Assembly: GCA_963805995.1 (NCBI GenBank)
Contig: CAWDWL010000007.1
Span: 544,931 to 608,930, forward strand
DNA: 64,000 nt
Source of the DNA: an uncultured Pseudomonadota bacterium
GTDB taxonomy: Bacteria; Desulfobacterota; Binatia; Binatales; Binataceae
Reading direction: 5' to 3'
Part shown: piece by piece, positions 1 through 10,481 of the stretch
Position numbering within the stretch: the first letter of the stretch is position 1
Layout: every line of letters starts with the position of its first letter
Notes under the pieces: model-generated
What the model was told of the DNA's origin: nothing
The model's input: the letters and a program-made list of their open reading frames with translations, nothing else
Database searches by the model: none
Position numbers and translations under genes: made by a program

Positions 1-1
1 G

Positions 2-655
2 GCGATCGAGGCGGCGCAAAAACAAATGGGGATGCCGGCCAGTATCCAGGCCTCCTTTCAGGGTACGGCGGAGGCGTTCCGCGCCTCGCTGACCAATGAG
101 CCGCTACTGATCCTGGCCGCCGTGATTACGGTGTACATCGTTCTGGGGGTGCTCTATGAAAGCTATGTCCATCCCCTGACGATTCTTTCCACCCTGCCTT
201 CCGCGGGTGTCGGCGCAATCCTGGCGCTGCAAATCTGCCACACGGATCTAAGCGTAATCGCGTTAATCGGTATCATCCTGCTGATCGGAATCGTGAAGAA
301 AAACGCGATCATGATGATCGACTTCGCGCTCGAGGCCCAGCGGGAGAACGGTAAACCGCCGTACGAGGCGATCTATGAAGCCTGTCTCTTGCGTTTCCGT
401 CCAATCATGATGACCACGATGGCGGCACTGCTGGGCGGTCTGCCATTGGCGTTGAGCACTGGCGTCGGCTCGGAGCTGCGCCGTCCGCTGGGAATCTCGA
501 TCGTCGGCGGGTTGCTGGTCAGCCAGTTGCTGACCTTATACACCACGCCGGTGGTCTTCCTGTACTTCGACCGCCTGTCATCGGCCTGGGCCAGGTATCG
601 CAACCGCGACACTATTGCGCAACCGCTTGCGGTGGGAGCGCATGAGCATCTCTGA
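2..655 (+). CDS. RND efflux permease (MdtB/AcrB family), C-terminal fragment; the gene starts upstream of the window
   Basis: The reading frame is open from the window start and is in frame with ORF 26..655. The translation shows the conserved C-terminal transmembrane block of HAE1 RND pumps ([27 protein letters not shown]...[16 protein letters not shown]). It is nearly identical to the C-terminus of the next gene, a paralogous MdtB/MdtC-like pair. Confidence 0.85.
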   Translation, partial: AIEAAQKQMGMPASIQASFQGTAEAFRASLTNEPLLILAAVITVYIVLGVLYESYVHPLTILSTLPSAGVGAILALQICHTDLSVIALIGIILLIGIVKKNAIMMIDFALEAQRENGKPPYEAIYEACLLRFRPIMMTTMAALLGGLPLALSTGVGSELRRPLGISIVGGLLVSQLLTLYTTPVVFLYFDRLSSAWARYRNRDTIAQPLAVGAHEHL

Positions 656-3600
656 GACCTTCATCCGCAACTCGGTCGGCACCACGCTGCTGACGATCGC
701 GTTGGCCCTGGGGGGGATCATCGCGTTCAGACTGCTGCCGGTGTCACCCCTGCCGGAGGTGGAATTTCCCACGATCCAGGTGCAGGCGTTGTTGCCCGGC
801 GCGAGTCCGCAGACGATGGCGTCGTCGGTGGCCACGCCGCTGGAACGCCAGTTTGGACGAATCGCGGGGTTGACCGAGCTTACTTCGACCAGCTCGCTGG
901 GCGCGACCAGCATCGTGTTGCAGTTCGATCTCAGCCGTAACATCGACGCCGCCTCGCGCGATGTCCAGGCCGCGATTAACGCGGCGCGCAGCCAGCTTCC
1001 GGCCAACCTGCCGCAAAATCCCACGTACCGCAAAGTCAATCCGGCCGACGCGCCGATTCTAATCATTGGACTGACCTCGCCCACCAAGGACCCGGGGCAG
1101 ATGTACGACGCGGCCTCGTCGATTCTGGCGCAAAAGCTCTCCCAGATGCAGGGGGTCGGCCAGGTAGTCGTCGGCGGCAGCGCGCTGCCGGGCGTCCGGG
1201 TGGAGCTCAATCCAACCCAACTCACCAATTACGGACTGGGCCTGGAAGATGTCCGTACTGTGCTAAGCCACGCCAACGCCAATTCACCCAAGGGCGAACT
1301 TTCCGGCGACACCATCTCCTGGACGCTGGGGGCCACCGATCAACTGCTGAAAGCGGATCAGTACAAGCCGCTGATCGTGACCTATCACAACGGCGCGGCG
1401 GTGCGCTTGTCCGATATCGCGGAGGTGGTTGATTCAGTCGAAGACCTGCGCAACGCCGGAATGGTCAACGCGCAGCCGGCCGTTCTGATCATTGTTTTCC
1501 GCCAGCCCGGCGCCAACATTATCGATACCGTGGACCGGGTGCTGGCCGCGCTGCCCCAACTGCAAGCGGCGATTCCGCCCGCCATCAAACTAACCGTCAC
1601 GCTCGACCGCACCACCACCATCAGGGCGTCGGTGCGGGACGTCGAAATCACGCTGCTGATCTCCGTCGCCCTGGTCATCCTGGTGGTCTATGTGTTCCTG
1701 CGCGACGTGTGGGTTACGCTAATCCCGGGGGTCGCGGTTCCCATTTCGCTGATTGGAACCTTCGGGGTGATGTATCTGCTGGGCTTCAGCCTGAACAACC
1801 TCTCGCTGATGGCGCTGACGATCTCGACCGGATTTGTGGTGGACGACGCGATCGTCGTGCTCGAAAACATCATCCGCTACGTCGAACATGGGCTGTCGCC
1901 GTTTGAAGCCGCAATCCGAGGCGCCGGCGAGATCGGGTTCACCGTGGTCTCGATCAGCATCTCGCTGATCGCGGTATTTATTCCGCTGCTGCTGATGGGC
2001 GGAATCGTGGGCCGCCTGTTCCGCGAATTCGCCATCACGCTGTCGGCGGCGGTCCTGGTCTCGATGGTGGTCTCTTTGACCACGACGGCGATGATGTGCT
2101 CGAAGATCCTGCGCGCCCGGCGCGAGGGCGCCAGCCGTGGGTTCCATCGCGCGTCGGAGAACGCGTTCTTATGGATGCATCGCCACTATGAGGTGACGTT
2201 GGCGTGGGTGCTCAAGCATTCGCGCCTGACGCTGACGGTCGCGTTAGCCACGCTCGCGGTGAACATCTACCTGTTCATCATCATACCCAAGGGCTTTTTC
2301 CCCGAGCAGGACACCGGCCGGCTGATGGGCGCGCTGATCGCCGACCAGGACACGTCCTTTCAATCCTTGCACGAACTGCTCACCGAGTTCGTCGCGAGCA
2401 TCGTAAAGGATCCCGCGGTGGAGACCGTAACCGCATTCGGTGGCGGGCAGGCCGGCTCGGTCAACTCGGCGCGGATGTTCATCGGGCTCAAGCCGTTGTC
2501 GAAAAGAAAGATCAGCGCCACCCAGGTAATGGGCCGGCTGCGCAAGCGGCTCGCCGGTATCCCGGGGGGCACGCTCTACCTCCAGCCGGTACAGGATTTG
2601 CGCATCGGCGGCCGCATGAGCAATGCGTTCTTCCAGTACACCTTGCAGGGCCAGGACCTCGACGCGCTTAATCATTGGGGCCCGCTGTTGTTGGAGAAGC
2701 TGCGCAAGCTCAAGCTGCTCACCGACGTCAATACCGACCAGCAAAACAACGGACTGGATGAATCGCTGGTGGTGGATCGGCCCACCGCGTCGCGGCTCGG
2801 GCTCAACCAGCAATTGATCGACGATACGCTGTACGACGCTTTCGGCCAGCGCCAGGTATCGACGATGTACACCGAGTTGAACCAATACCACGTCGTGATG
2901 GAGGCTGCGCCGCAATTCTGGCAACACCCCGATACGCTGCACGATATCTATATGCGGACCAACACCGGCGCCGAGGTGCCGCTCAGCTCCTTCACCCATT
3001 TCCAGGCCTCCAACGCGCCGCTCGCGGTAAACCATCAGGGCCAATTCCCGTCCGTTACCATCGCGTTTAATCTGGCGCCTGGAGTCGCGTTGGGGCAGGC
3101 GGTGGAGGCAATCACCGAGTTGGAGCGGCAGATGGGGATGCCGGCGAGTATCCACGGCAGCTTCTCGGGGACCGCGCAGGCGTTCCAGAGTTCGCTGTCC
3201 AGCGAGCCGATGCTGATACTGGCGGCGCTGGTCGCGGTGTATATCGTGCTCGGCATCCTGTACGAGAGCTACATTCATCCGATCACGATTCTTTCCACGC
3301 TACCTTCGGCGGGGGTGGGCGCGCTGCTGGCGCTGATGCTATGCCATACCGACCTCAGCATCATCGCGCTGATCGGCATTATTCTGCTGATCGGCATCGT
3401 GAAGAAAAACGCCATCCTGATGATCGATTTTGCCCTCGACGCCGAGCGCAACGAAGGCAAAACCGCGACCGAGGCAATCTACGAGGCCTGCCTGCTGCGT
3501 TTCCGTCCGATCATGATGACCACGATGGCGGCGCTGCTGGGTGGATTGCCGCTGGCGGTGGGCGGCGGAGTGGGCTCGGAGTTGCGCCGCCCACTGGGAA

Positions 3601-3842
3601 TCGCGATCGTCGGCGGATTGATCGTGAGTCAGGCGCTGACGCTCTACACCACGCCCGTGATCTATCTGTACATGGACGGTCTCAGCGATTGGAGCGCGCA
3701 CCTGCGCCGGCGCCTGCTCGGGATCATTTCCCGCCATCCCACCCCCGCGGCACCACGCGGCACGGAGGTCCTGCCGCGTGCGGCCAAAGTCGCCGCCCAT
3801 GGCGCAAAGCCGGTGACCACGTTTTCACCCAGCCCGAAGTGA
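615..3842 (+). CDS. RND multidrug efflux permease, MdtC/MdtB-like (HAE1 family), full length 1075 aa
   Basis: A 1075-aa ORF with 12-TM RND architecture and conserved RND motifs. Its start overlaps the end of the upstream RND gene by about 40 nt, the tandem-permease arrangement seen in mdtBC. Confidence 0.9.
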   Translation: MRNRLRWERMSISETFIRNSVGTTLLTIALALGGIIAFRLLPVSPLPEVEFPTIQVQALLPGASPQTMASSVATPLERQFGRIAGLTELTSTSSLGATSIVLQFDLSRNIDAASRDVQAAINAARSQLPANLPQNPTYRKVNPADAPILIIGLTSPTKDPGQMYDAASSILAQKLSQMQGVGQVVVGGSALPGVRVELNPTQLTNYGLGLEDVRTVLSHANANSPKGELSGDTISWTLGATDQLLKADQYKPLIVTYHNGAAVRLSDIAEVVDSVEDLRNAGMVNAQPAVLIIVFRQPGANIIDTVDRVLAALPQLQAAIPPAIKLTVTLDRTTTIRASVRDVEITLLISVALVILVVYVFLRDVWVTLIPGVAVPISLIGTFGVMYLLGFSLNNLSLMALTISTGFVVDDAIVVLENIIRYVEHGLSPFEAAIRGAGEIGFTVVSISISLIAVFIPLLLMGGIVGRLFREFAITLSAAVLVSMVVSLTTTAMMCSKILRARREGASRGFHRASENAFLWMHRHYEVTLAWVLKHSRLTLTVALATLAVNIYLFIIIPKGFFPEQDTGRLMGALIADQDTSFQSLHELLTEFVASIVKDPAVETVTAFGGGQAGSVNSARMFIGLKPLSKRKISATQVMGRLRKRLAGIPGGTLYLQPVQDLRIGGRMSNAFFQYTLQGQDLDALNHWGPLLLEKLRKLKLLTDVNTDQQNNGLDESLVVDRPTASRLGLNQQLIDDTLYDAFGQRQVSTMYTELNQYHVVMEAAPQFWQHPDTLHDIYMRTNTGAEVPLSSFTHFQASNAPLAVNHQGQFPSVTIAFNLAPGVALGQAVEAITELERQMGMPASIHGSFSGTAQAFQSSLSSEPMLILAALVAVYIVLGILYESYIHPITILSTLPSAGVGALLALMLCHTDLSIIALIGIILLIGIVKKNAILMIDFALDAERNEGKTATEAIYEACLLRFRPIMMTTMAALLGGLPLAVGGGVGSELRRPLGIAIVGGLIVSQALTLYTTPVIYLYMDGLSDWSAHLRRRLLGIISRHPTPAAPRGTEVLPRAAKVAAHGAKPVTTFSPSPK

Positions 3843-3954
3843 TAGTGGTCGTTTTCTCGCGACCGCACCAAGGACAAGCTCTTCGATCGGGAGCGCACCA
3901 GGACGCGTTCTGATCACGCGCTTGACCACCTGCGGTATCGTTGTGGCAGCAGTC

Positions 3955-5649
3955 TCAGGAGCGCAGCACCGCGCCCGGCAGCGCGCCGGTGAATTTGGCG
4001 TTCTCATACACCGGCACGCCATTGACGATGGTGTGCTCAATGCCGCGCGCCTCCATCACCAGACGCTGGGCGCCGCCCGGGAGGTCATTGCGCAACCGGG
4101 CGCGATCGGCCGAACCGACCGTATCATAATCGAAGATCGCCAGATCGGCGGCGTAACCGGTGGCCACTCTTCCCCGCCCCTTGACCCCGAAGTAGTCCGC
4201 CGGTTCCGCGGTGAGCCGCTTCACCCCCTGCTCCAGGGACATGACGCCGGCCTCGCGGACCCAGTTCCCCAGCAGGTAGGTGCAGTAACCGACGTCGCAG
4301 ATCTGATCGACATGGGCCCCGCCGTCGGACAGCGCGATCATCGTTCGCGGATCGTTGACCAGGCGGCCGACGCGCTCGCGGTTATTGTTGAGCAGCGCCA
4401 CGACGAATCTCATTTCCAGGTGGTCTTCCAGCGCCAGGTCGAGCAGCAGGTCGAGACCGTCGGCGGCGCCGCGCTCCCGGGCGATATCGGCCAAGGTCTT
4501 CCCCTCCAGATGTTTGAGCGCCGGGTTGAATGCCTGCAGCACTTCGATGCGTTCAAGATGTTGGCTGAAGATGATGTGGTGCAGGCCCGACTTCTCACAT
4601 TCGTTGCGAATCTGCTGCCGGAATCCCGGATCGGTGTAATGCCCTTTCTGCACTTCGAAGGGACGGTTGAAGATCGACTGCTGGATGCATGGAAAGGTTA
4701 TGAACATCAGCGGGGCGCGCAGGTTTAACTCGATAAACAGCGGGCGGCAGCTAATCTGCGGGATTCCGCCGCGCGCGATCAGCGGTTCGAACCGGGCCAG
4801 CGTCCGCATCGCCCCTTCCGGCATGTCGTCACGGTCGAACAGCGAGATCCAACTAACGGGACGCCGGGATTGGTCAAGCAGAAAGTCCAGGATATCGTAC
4901 TCCCGCTCTGACATGTCGGAGGGTTTGTCGGCCAGGTTCAACTGGATCACGCCCTTGCCGAGGTCGCGCAGCACATGGCAGTAAGCCTTAAGCTCGTCGC
5001 GGCTGGCCAGGCGGCACGCCAGCGGCTTGCCTTCATATCCGATATCGATATTTGACACGCTGGTGGAAATGCCGAGCGCCCCGGCTACCATCGCGGCGCG
5101 CAACGCCTCGCTGATTTGATCCGTCTCCTGCGCGGTAGCCGCCCGGTCCAGTGAATCCCGGCCCATCGCCCAATGCCTGAAGGGGGTCAACGGTGCGAAG
5201 AATCCCAGGTTGATCGCCGACCCGCGCCGGGCGGCTGCGTCCATGTAGCTGGGGAAGGTGTCCCAATCCCAGGTCAGACCGGCTTTGAGTACCTCGAACG
5301 GAATCGCTTCGAGGTTGGTCAGGTCGGAGGCGGTCACCTCGCGATCCGCCGGCTTGCACGGTGCGACGCCGACACCGCAGTTGCCCAGCACGACGCTGGT
5401 AACCCCGTGCCACGAAGAACTGGTAATCTGGGGGTCCCAGCAGATCTGGGCGTCGTAATGCGTATGCGGGTCGATGAACCCCGGCGCCACGATCAGATCG
5501 GTGGCGTCGATCACCTTGCGGGCCGGTTCCGCGATGCGTTTGCCGATTTCCGCGATCTTGCCTGCAACGATGGCCACGTCGGCCTGATAGCGCGACGCGC
5601 CGGTTCCGTCCACGATCGTCCCACCCCGGATAAGCAGATCGTAAGCCAT
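3955..5649 (-). CDS. N-acyl-D-amino-acid deacylase (D-aminoacylase), amidohydrolase superfamily
   Basis: The N-terminus MAYDLLIRGGTIVDGTGASRYQADVAIVAGKI...PGFIDPHTHYD is the hallmark of D-aminoacylases. I moved the start to the internal ATG at 5649, which is preceded by GGAGAAACC. The ORF-track N-extension (to 5712) has no RBS. Confidence 0.85.
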   Translation of the reverse strand: MAYDLLIRGGTIVDGTGASRYQADVAIVAGKIAEIGKRIAEPARKVIDATDLIVAPGFIDPHTHYDAQICWDPQITSSSWHGVTSVVLGNCGVGVAPCKPADREVTASDLTNLEAIPFEVLKAGLTWDWDTFPSYMDAAARRGSAINLGFFAPLTPFRHWAMGRDSLDRAATAQETDQISEALRAAMVAGALGISTSVSNIDIGYEGKPLACRLASRDELKAYCHVLRDLGKGVIQLNLADKPSDMSEREYDILDFLLDQSRRPVSWISLFDRDDMPEGAMRTLARFEPLIARGGIPQISCRPLFIELNLRAPLMFITFPCIQQSIFNRPFEVQKGHYTDPGFRQQIRNECEKSGLHHIIFSQHLERIEVLQAFNPALKHLEGKTLADIARERGAADGLDLLLDLALEDHLEMRFVVALLNNNRERVGRLVNDPRTMIALSDGGAHVDQICDVGYCTYLLGNWVREAGVMSLEQGVKRLTAEPADYFGVKGRGRVATGYAADLAIFDYDTVGSADRARLRNDLPGGAQRLVMEARGIEHTIVNGVPVYENAKFTGALPGAVLRS

Positions 5650-5867
5650 AGCGGTTTCTCCTGCAGGATGCCGGTTTCGCGGCCCTGTTGCTGACGCCCG
5701 CTGGTTCGTCACCAGCGATTCAGAGCATTATTCTCCTCGCTCACCATTGTACAGAGGAAATGCGTCGACTCTTGACTGGACGGCGGACCTGCTGAGAAAG
5801 CTAAAACAAATTGTGAGCGTCAACGTTGTGAGTCGCCAAAGACGCTGAAGATGCACATCCGGCGAAC

Positions 5868-6341
5868 ATGAAGGTCATCAAGCTGATTGTTGCGTTGGCG
5901 GTCATCGCGCTGATTATTGCGCAATTTGTTCCGCTGGATCGGAGTAATCCTCCCGTTACCGCCGACTTAAGCGCCCCGCCCGAAGTCAAGGTGACCCTGA
6001 GGCGCGCCTGCTACGACTGCCATTCCAACGAGACCCGGTGGCCGTGGTACACGAATATCGCGCCGGCTTCGTGGCTGATGGCATACGATGTTCGTGAAGG
6101 ACGCCACAGTCTGAACTATTCGAACTGGGGTAAGCTCGACGAAGGGGTGCGCGTGCGACTGTTGCGGCTGACCCAGCGCGACGTTAACAACCGCAGGATG
6201 CCGCCCTGGTTTTACGTCCATCCGCTTCATCCGGAGGCGCGCCTTTCCGCCGGCGACCGCTCCCGCATTTCTGATTGGGCCGGGAGCGCGCGCGCCGATC
6301 TCATGCGGAAATTCGAAGCCGAAAACCCCGGCCATCGATAG
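5868..6341 (+). CDS. Heme-binding domain protein (Haem_bd, PF14376-like); membrane-anchored, CxxCH motif
   Basis: An N-terminal TM helix, then RACYDCHSNETRWPWYTNIAPASWLMAYDVREGRHSLNYSNWG, which matches the conserved haem-binding domain family signature. Confidence 0.75.
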   Translation: MKVIKLIVALAVIALIIAQFVPLDRSNPPVTADLSAPPEVKVTLRRACYDCHSNETRWPWYTNIAPASWLMAYDVREGRHSLNYSNWGKLDEGVRVRLLRLTQRDVNNRRMPPWFYVHPLHPEARLSAGDRSRISDWAGSARADLMRKFEAENPGHR

Positions 6342-6479
6342 CCTTGCGCTATCGAGCCATAGCAAGAAGGTCCCTTGCGGTTTTCGCCGCCTGGTCTATT
6401 TTGGAGCCGCGTCCGTGCCCGGCTAAGCGTCGTGAGATGAAAGCGCGTGCGCGGATCTCTACTGGAGGAGCTGATCAAG

Positions 6480-6935
6480 ATGGCCAAAAGCAGGGAGCAA
6501 TTGATCGACGACATGGTCGATCGCGAGGCGATCCGCGACCTCGCGGTGCGCTATTGCGATCACATTTGGAAGGACGAAGTCGATGCCGTGGGAGAGTTGT
6601 TTACCGGCGACGGCGCGTTCATCAACAATCCCCCGCCCGGGATCACCCTGGCGGCCCAGGAAACCCATGGCAGGAAAGCCATCGTCGATATGCTCGCGGC
6701 GGGGCTCAAGGGCATGAAGCCGCGGCCCTACATCCACAATCACGCCATCCGGCTTCAGGGCAACGGGCGCGCCACCGGCACGGTGTACGTGGAGTTGCGT
6801 TCGCCGGCGGTCAACTGGGAATGGATCGGGACCGGCTATTACGATGACGTTTACGAAAAAGTCGACGGGGAGTGGAAGTTCAAGTCGCGCAAGATCAACC
6901 TGATGAGGTTCGCACCCCCGCAGGCATCAAAATGA
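6480..6935 (+). CDS. SnoaL-like / NTF2-like fold protein
   Basis: About 150 aa with the NTF2-like pattern (DREAIRDLAVRYCDHIW...GDGAF..., W near the C-terminus). I chose the ATG at 6480, which has GGAGGAG 9 nt upstream. Confidence 0.65.
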   Translation: MAKSREQLIDDMVDREAIRDLAVRYCDHIWKDEVDAVGELFTGDGAFINNPPPGITLAAQETHGRKAIVDMLAAGLKGMKPRPYIHNHAIRLQGNGRATGTVYVELRSPAVNWEWIGTGYYDDVYEKVDGEWKFKSRKINLMRFAPPQASK

Positions 6936-7055
6936 CCTCGCGCGGACGCTTTGCCGTGAGCCCGCGATGGGGGCTATGGTCGCTGTGCCTGGTTAAGGGC
7001 AGCGTCGGATTCGAGAACGGTTGGTTGAATCCTTCCGCGTAAAGGAGAAATCGCG

Positions 7056-8159
7056 ATGGAAAACCTGCGCGTCATATCGGCCGATTCACACGTAGTGGAA
7101 CCAGCCAACTTATGGGAAACCCGGCTGGACAAAAACTTCCGTGATCAGGCGCCCAAGGTGGTCCGCACGGAAAAGGGGCTGTGGGTGATCACCGCTCCAG
7201 GAGGAATTTCGTTTCCCGCCGCCGCGATGTTCGCGGCCGGCAAGCGGGGCCAGGAATTGCGCGAGCACATGGGCAAGGGCTACGAAGCCAGCCGTCCCAG
7301 CGGATGGGATCCAAGCGAGCGGGCCAAGGACCAGGATATCGACGGCGTGTTGGCCGAGGTGCTGTACACCAGCAATGGCCTGCCGCTGTTCGGCCTCGAA
7401 GACGCCGAGCTCCAGTATGCCTGCTTCCGCGTCTTTAATGATTGGCTGGCGGAATACTGCGCGGCCAATCCCAAGCGCCTGATGGGCGTGGCCCTGATTT
7501 CCCTGCGCGACATCGCCACCGGGATTGCGGAGTTGGAGCGCTGCGCCAAAACGGGTTTGCGGGGTGCGATGATTTCCAACCATCCCCTTCAACCCTACGA
7601 CAGTCCGGTTTACAATCCGTTCTGGCAAGCCGCTTCCGAACTCGGAATGCCGATCTCGCTGCATATCATTACCAGCACCAAGAAGCAGAGCCTCGGCTCG
7701 TTTTCCGGCTCCAACACCACCACGCTGCAGATCGAGTACGTGTTCGAGACCCAATGCTGCCTGGCGCTGATGCTGATGGGCGGGGTGCTCGAGCGCTATC
7801 CGAACCTGCGGCTGGTTTCGACCGAGAACGATATTGGCTGGATGCCCTACTTCCTGCATCGCCTCGACCACAACTACGAGCTGGGCGCCGCGGCCCGCAA
7901 TCTACCGCCGCTTAAGCCCAGCGAATACGCCCGCCGTCAGCTATGGGCGACCTTCCAGGACGATCCCTGCGGCGTCGCGCTGTATAAGATGTTTGGGGAA
8001 GACAACTTTATGTGGGCGTCGGACTTTCCGCATTCCGATTCCACCTGGCCCCATTCGCAGGCCGTGATCGCGCAAAACTTCGCGTCGATCCCGCAGCCGG
8101 TGGTCCAGAAAATCGTCGCCGACAACGCTGCGCGGCTATACGGAATCGAGTTGAACTGA
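7056..8159 (+). CDS. Amidohydrolase-2 family metal-dependent hydrolase (ACMSD/PF04909-like)
   Basis: The N-terminal ISADSHVVEP motif and HxH...D pattern typical of the amidohydrolase_2 TIM-barrel family. AAAGGAGAAA RBS 7 nt upstream of the ATG. Confidence 0.85.
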   Translation: MENLRVISADSHVVEPANLWETRLDKNFRDQAPKVVRTEKGLWVITAPGGISFPAAAMFAAGKRGQELREHMGKGYEASRPSGWDPSERAKDQDIDGVLAEVLYTSNGLPLFGLEDAELQYACFRVFNDWLAEYCAANPKRLMGVALISLRDIATGIAELERCAKTGLRGAMISNHPLQPYDSPVYNPFWQAASELGMPISLHIITSTKKQSLGSFSGSNTTTLQIEYVFETQCCLALMLMGGVLERYPNLRLVSTENDIGWMPYFLHRLDHNYELGAAARNLPPLKPSEYARRQLWATFQDDPCGVALYKMFGEDNFMWASDFPHSDSTWPHSQAVIAQNFASIPQPVVQKIVADNAARLYGIELN

Positions 8160-8162
8160 CGC

Positions 8163-8207
8163 TGCGCGCCGGACCTCGAAGGCGTTTGCATCGGCGGTCC
8201 GGCGCGG
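8163..8207 (+). terminator. GC-rich hairpin (11-bp perfect stem CGCGCCGGACC / GGTCCGGCGCG, about 20-nt loop) between the amidohydrolase and LLM genes; possible terminator or intercistronic structure
   Basis: A perfect inverted repeat read directly from the sequence. There is no T-tract after it, which is common in high-GC genomes, so its function is uncertain. Confidence 0.25.
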
Positions 8208-8252
8208 TATATCTCGGTCCAGCTATTTGACGATGCACTGGAGGTGCCACGC

Positions 8253-9269
8253 ATGGCCGGCAGGATACAGTTCGGGCTCAACCTGGAATTCCGCAACCCG
8301 CAGCAGTTCTACCGCGACCCGGCCAAACTGTACGAAGATATCATCGAGCACACGGTGTGGGCCGAGGGCCTGGGCTACGACTACATCTTCCTGACCGAGC
8401 ATCATTTCACCCACGACGACTGGGCGCCGTCGCCGCTGATGCTGCTGAGCGCGATTGCCGCGCGCACCAAGCGCGTGCGCCTGAGCACCAGCATCATGCT
8501 GCTGCCCTTCTACCATCCGGTGCGGCTGGCTGAGGACGGCGCCGTGCTCGATATCATTTCGGGGGGCCGCTATGAGCTTGCCGCCGGCCTGGGCTATCGG
8601 CCCGAGGAGTTCGGCGGCTACGGCATGCAGTTGCTTTCACGCAGCCGGCGCGCCGACGAGATGCTGGAGATCATCCGCCGCCTGTGGGACGGCGAGACGG
8701 TCAACTTCAAGGGCAAGTTCTTCCAGGTTGACAACGTGCGCCTGAGCCCGCGGCCGGTGCAGCAGCCGCGGCCGCCGATCATGGTCGGCGGATACGCGCC
8801 CAACGCGGTCAAACGCGCCGCCCGGATGGGCGACGGATTGGTCGGTGTCACGCCGCAAACCTATGAGATCTATGTCGAAGAACTGCGCCGGCTGGGCAAG
8901 GATCCCGCTAAAGCCAGGGTAATCGGCGGCGGCGGAGCCTGGGTGTTCTGCTCCAACGAGCCCGAGCGGATGTGGAACGAGATGGCCCCCTACTGCATGC
9001 ATTCGGCCAACACCTACGCCAAGTGGATGGAGACCTGGAACACCCCGCCGGCCTATACCGCGGCGCGCGATATCGAGGAGTTCAGGAACAGCCGGCAACT
9101 GCGGATTGTCTCGCCGGAAAAGATGGTCGAATACGTGCGCAAGCAGGTGACGCTGAACCATTGCGACACCTGGTTCTTCATGGGCAACGAAGGCGGCGCC
9201 CCGATGTCGATCATGCGCGAGCATATCGAGCTGTTCGCGACCAAGGTGATGCCGCACTTTCAGCAGTAG
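8253..9269 (+). CDS. LLM-class flavin-dependent oxidoreductase (luciferase-like monooxygenase)
   Basis: The N-terminus FGLNLEF...EGLGYDYIFLTEHHF is the LLM family signature. ATG at 8253 with GGAGGTG 7 nt upstream. Confidence 0.85.
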   Translation: MAGRIQFGLNLEFRNPQQFYRDPAKLYEDIIEHTVWAEGLGYDYIFLTEHHFTHDDWAPSPLMLLSAIAARTKRVRLSTSIMLLPFYHPVRLAEDGAVLDIISGGRYELAAGLGYRPEEFGGYGMQLLSRSRRADEMLEIIRRLWDGETVNFKGKFFQVDNVRLSPRPVQQPRPPIMVGGYAPNAVKRAARMGDGLVGVTPQTYEIYVEELRRLGKDPAKARVIGGGGAWVFCSNEPERMWNEMAPYCMHSANTYAKWMETWNTPPAYTAARDIEEFRNSRQLRIVSPEKMVEYVRKQVTLNHCDTWFFMGNEGGAPMSIMREHIELFATKVMPHFQQ

Positions 9270-9297
9270 GTCAGGCGAAGGTCTCGGAGAGCTGATG

Positions 9298-9573
9298 CTA
9301 TCGATCCTCTCGCGTGTGCCAGAGCCGCAACACGTATAGCGTCGATTTCCGTATCTCGTAACGGAATTCATAGCGCCCAACCACAATACGGCGCACCTCG
9401 CGTGGTTCGAACTCTTCGAGCCTCTCATCGATGCGCGGATGCTGCGGGAGCCCGCCTGCCGCGGCGGTCAGAGACTGCACGATGCGCGCAGCAGCCGGCC
9501 TATTGACCGGGGCGAGGAACTCATAAAGCCGTGCCAGATCGGACAGCGCCTTGCACGTCCACTTCAACTCCAT
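9298..9573 (-). CDS. parE: Type II toxin, ParE/RelE family
   Basis: A 91-aa protein with the ParE-like C-terminus (YVLRLWHTREDR) and the conserved RelE/ParE fold pattern. It is downstream of a small RHH antitoxin ORF. Confidence 0.75.
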   Translation of the reverse strand: MELKWTCKALSDLARLYEFLAPVNRPAAARIVQSLTAAAGGLPQHPRIDERLEEFEPREVRRIVVGRYEFRYEIRKSTLYVLRLWHTREDR

Positions 9574-9639
9574 CAGCGCGGGGTCGGTAACGGCTTATCT
9601 GTATCGAGGCTATCTGCCCAGGCCTGCACGGCTTGGTGG

Positions 9640-9834
9640 TCAATGATTCTGCCGGCATCGACATCGGCAAGCGCCTCCAGTGTCAAACCGTCTGCGCTCT
9701 TCTTCCTGTTCAATCCAGGCGGACAAGGCTTGTTTGATTATCCAACCCCGCGAGCGTTCCAGTCGCGCGGCGAGTTGGTCGACTTTTTTGGCAAGCGGCA
9801 GCGGGACATGCGCGGTAAGTACCTTGGTATTCAT
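9640..9834 (-). CDS. Type II antitoxin, ribbon-helix-helix (ParD/CopG-like)
   Basis: 65 aa starting at the ATG at 9834; the ORF track's TTG start at 9858 is less likely. MNTKVLTAHVPLPLAKKVDQLAARLERSRGWIIKQALSAWIEQEE is a typical RHH antitoxin. It lies immediately upstream of parE on the same strand. Confidence 0.6.
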   Translation of the reverse strand: MNTKVLTAHVPLPLAKKVDQLAARLERSRGWIIKQALSAWIEQEEERRRFDTGGACRCRCRQNH

Positions 9835-9936
9835 CTGATCAATGTGAATCGTTCTCAATCATAGTGATTGAATTTGATTATATCCAATGTGAGATGATTT
9901 GGTGCGACGCCAGGCAGTGGCATTCGGCCCAAGCTC

Positions 9937-10230
9937 TCACTTCGGCAACGCTTCCGCGATCAGCACTCCCGACGCCGTCAATTCCGCGACCTTTTCCTTC
10001 GAGTAGCCCAGATAGCGGCTCAAAACCGCCTCGTTGTGCTCGCCCAGGAAGGCGGTGCGGGCGCGGATTTTCACGCTCGCGTCGGAGACGCGAAAAGGCG
10101 CGCGGGGGAATTGAATCGGACCGATGCCCGGTTGATCGACCTCCTGCATCAGAGCGCGATGCTTCATTTGCGGATGGTTTATGTCGGCGAAAAGAAGCAA
10201 GAAGCAAGCAGACCTCGCCGAGGCCTTCAA
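9937..10230 (-). pseudogene. Displaced 3'-terminal fragment (about 95 codons) of a CaiB/BaiF CoA-transferase gene; remnant of the integration site
   Basis: The translation (..QMKHRALMQEVDQPGIGPIQFPRAPFRVSDASVKIRARTAFLGEHNEAVLSRYLGYSKEKVAELTASGVLIAEALPK) is near-identical to the C-terminus of the intact CoA-transferase at 12871..14097. The two share a 195-nt identical core and are divergent on both sides of it. Confidence 0.75.
9954..10148. repeat. Direct repeat (left copy, 195 bp, 100% identical) of the CoA-transferase 3' region; putative attachment-site core
   Basis: Nucleotide identity with 12888..13082 read directly. The shared 65 codons appear in ORFs 9864..10292 and 12837..13115. Confidence 0.85.
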
Positions 10231-10481
10231 TACGTCTAGAAGTGCCGGGTGATTTTACGGGTCTCCACTTTGGCAATTGCGCTTCCTTTTGACTAATAAC
10301 CAACTTAAGAGCAAAATAGATGACAGCCCTCCGAAGTCAGAAGTCAATGTCGTCGAATGCACGACATCTGAGGGATCTGAAATTCGGTTTTCGGCTAGCT
10401 CGGAGCGGTCAAGCTGTTAGAGATCTTTGATTTATAGAAACTCTCATTGGCAGGCAAAAACGATTACTAGGAACAAGCTTC

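Noticed and set aside
2244-3278. 344-aa antisense ORF, and many other ORFs of 60-250 aa (for example 578..1228, 1719..2147, 3339..3800), on the strand opposite the RND permease and other genes
   Set aside because: They lie entirely within well-supported genes on the other strand. They are Arg/Gly/Ala/Pro-rich with no motifs, the typical stop-codon-poor artefacts of 65% GC DNA.
5650-5712. 21-codon N-terminal extension of the D-aminoacylase ORF
   Set aside because: The family-typical N-terminus begins at MAYDLLIRGG, which has an RBS. The extension is Arg/Pro-rich and unsupported.
9835-9858. TTG start 8 codons upstream of the ParD-like antitoxin ATG
   Set aside because: The ATG at 9834 gives a canonical 65-aa RHH antitoxin, and the TTG extension adds MRTIHIDQ without an RBS.
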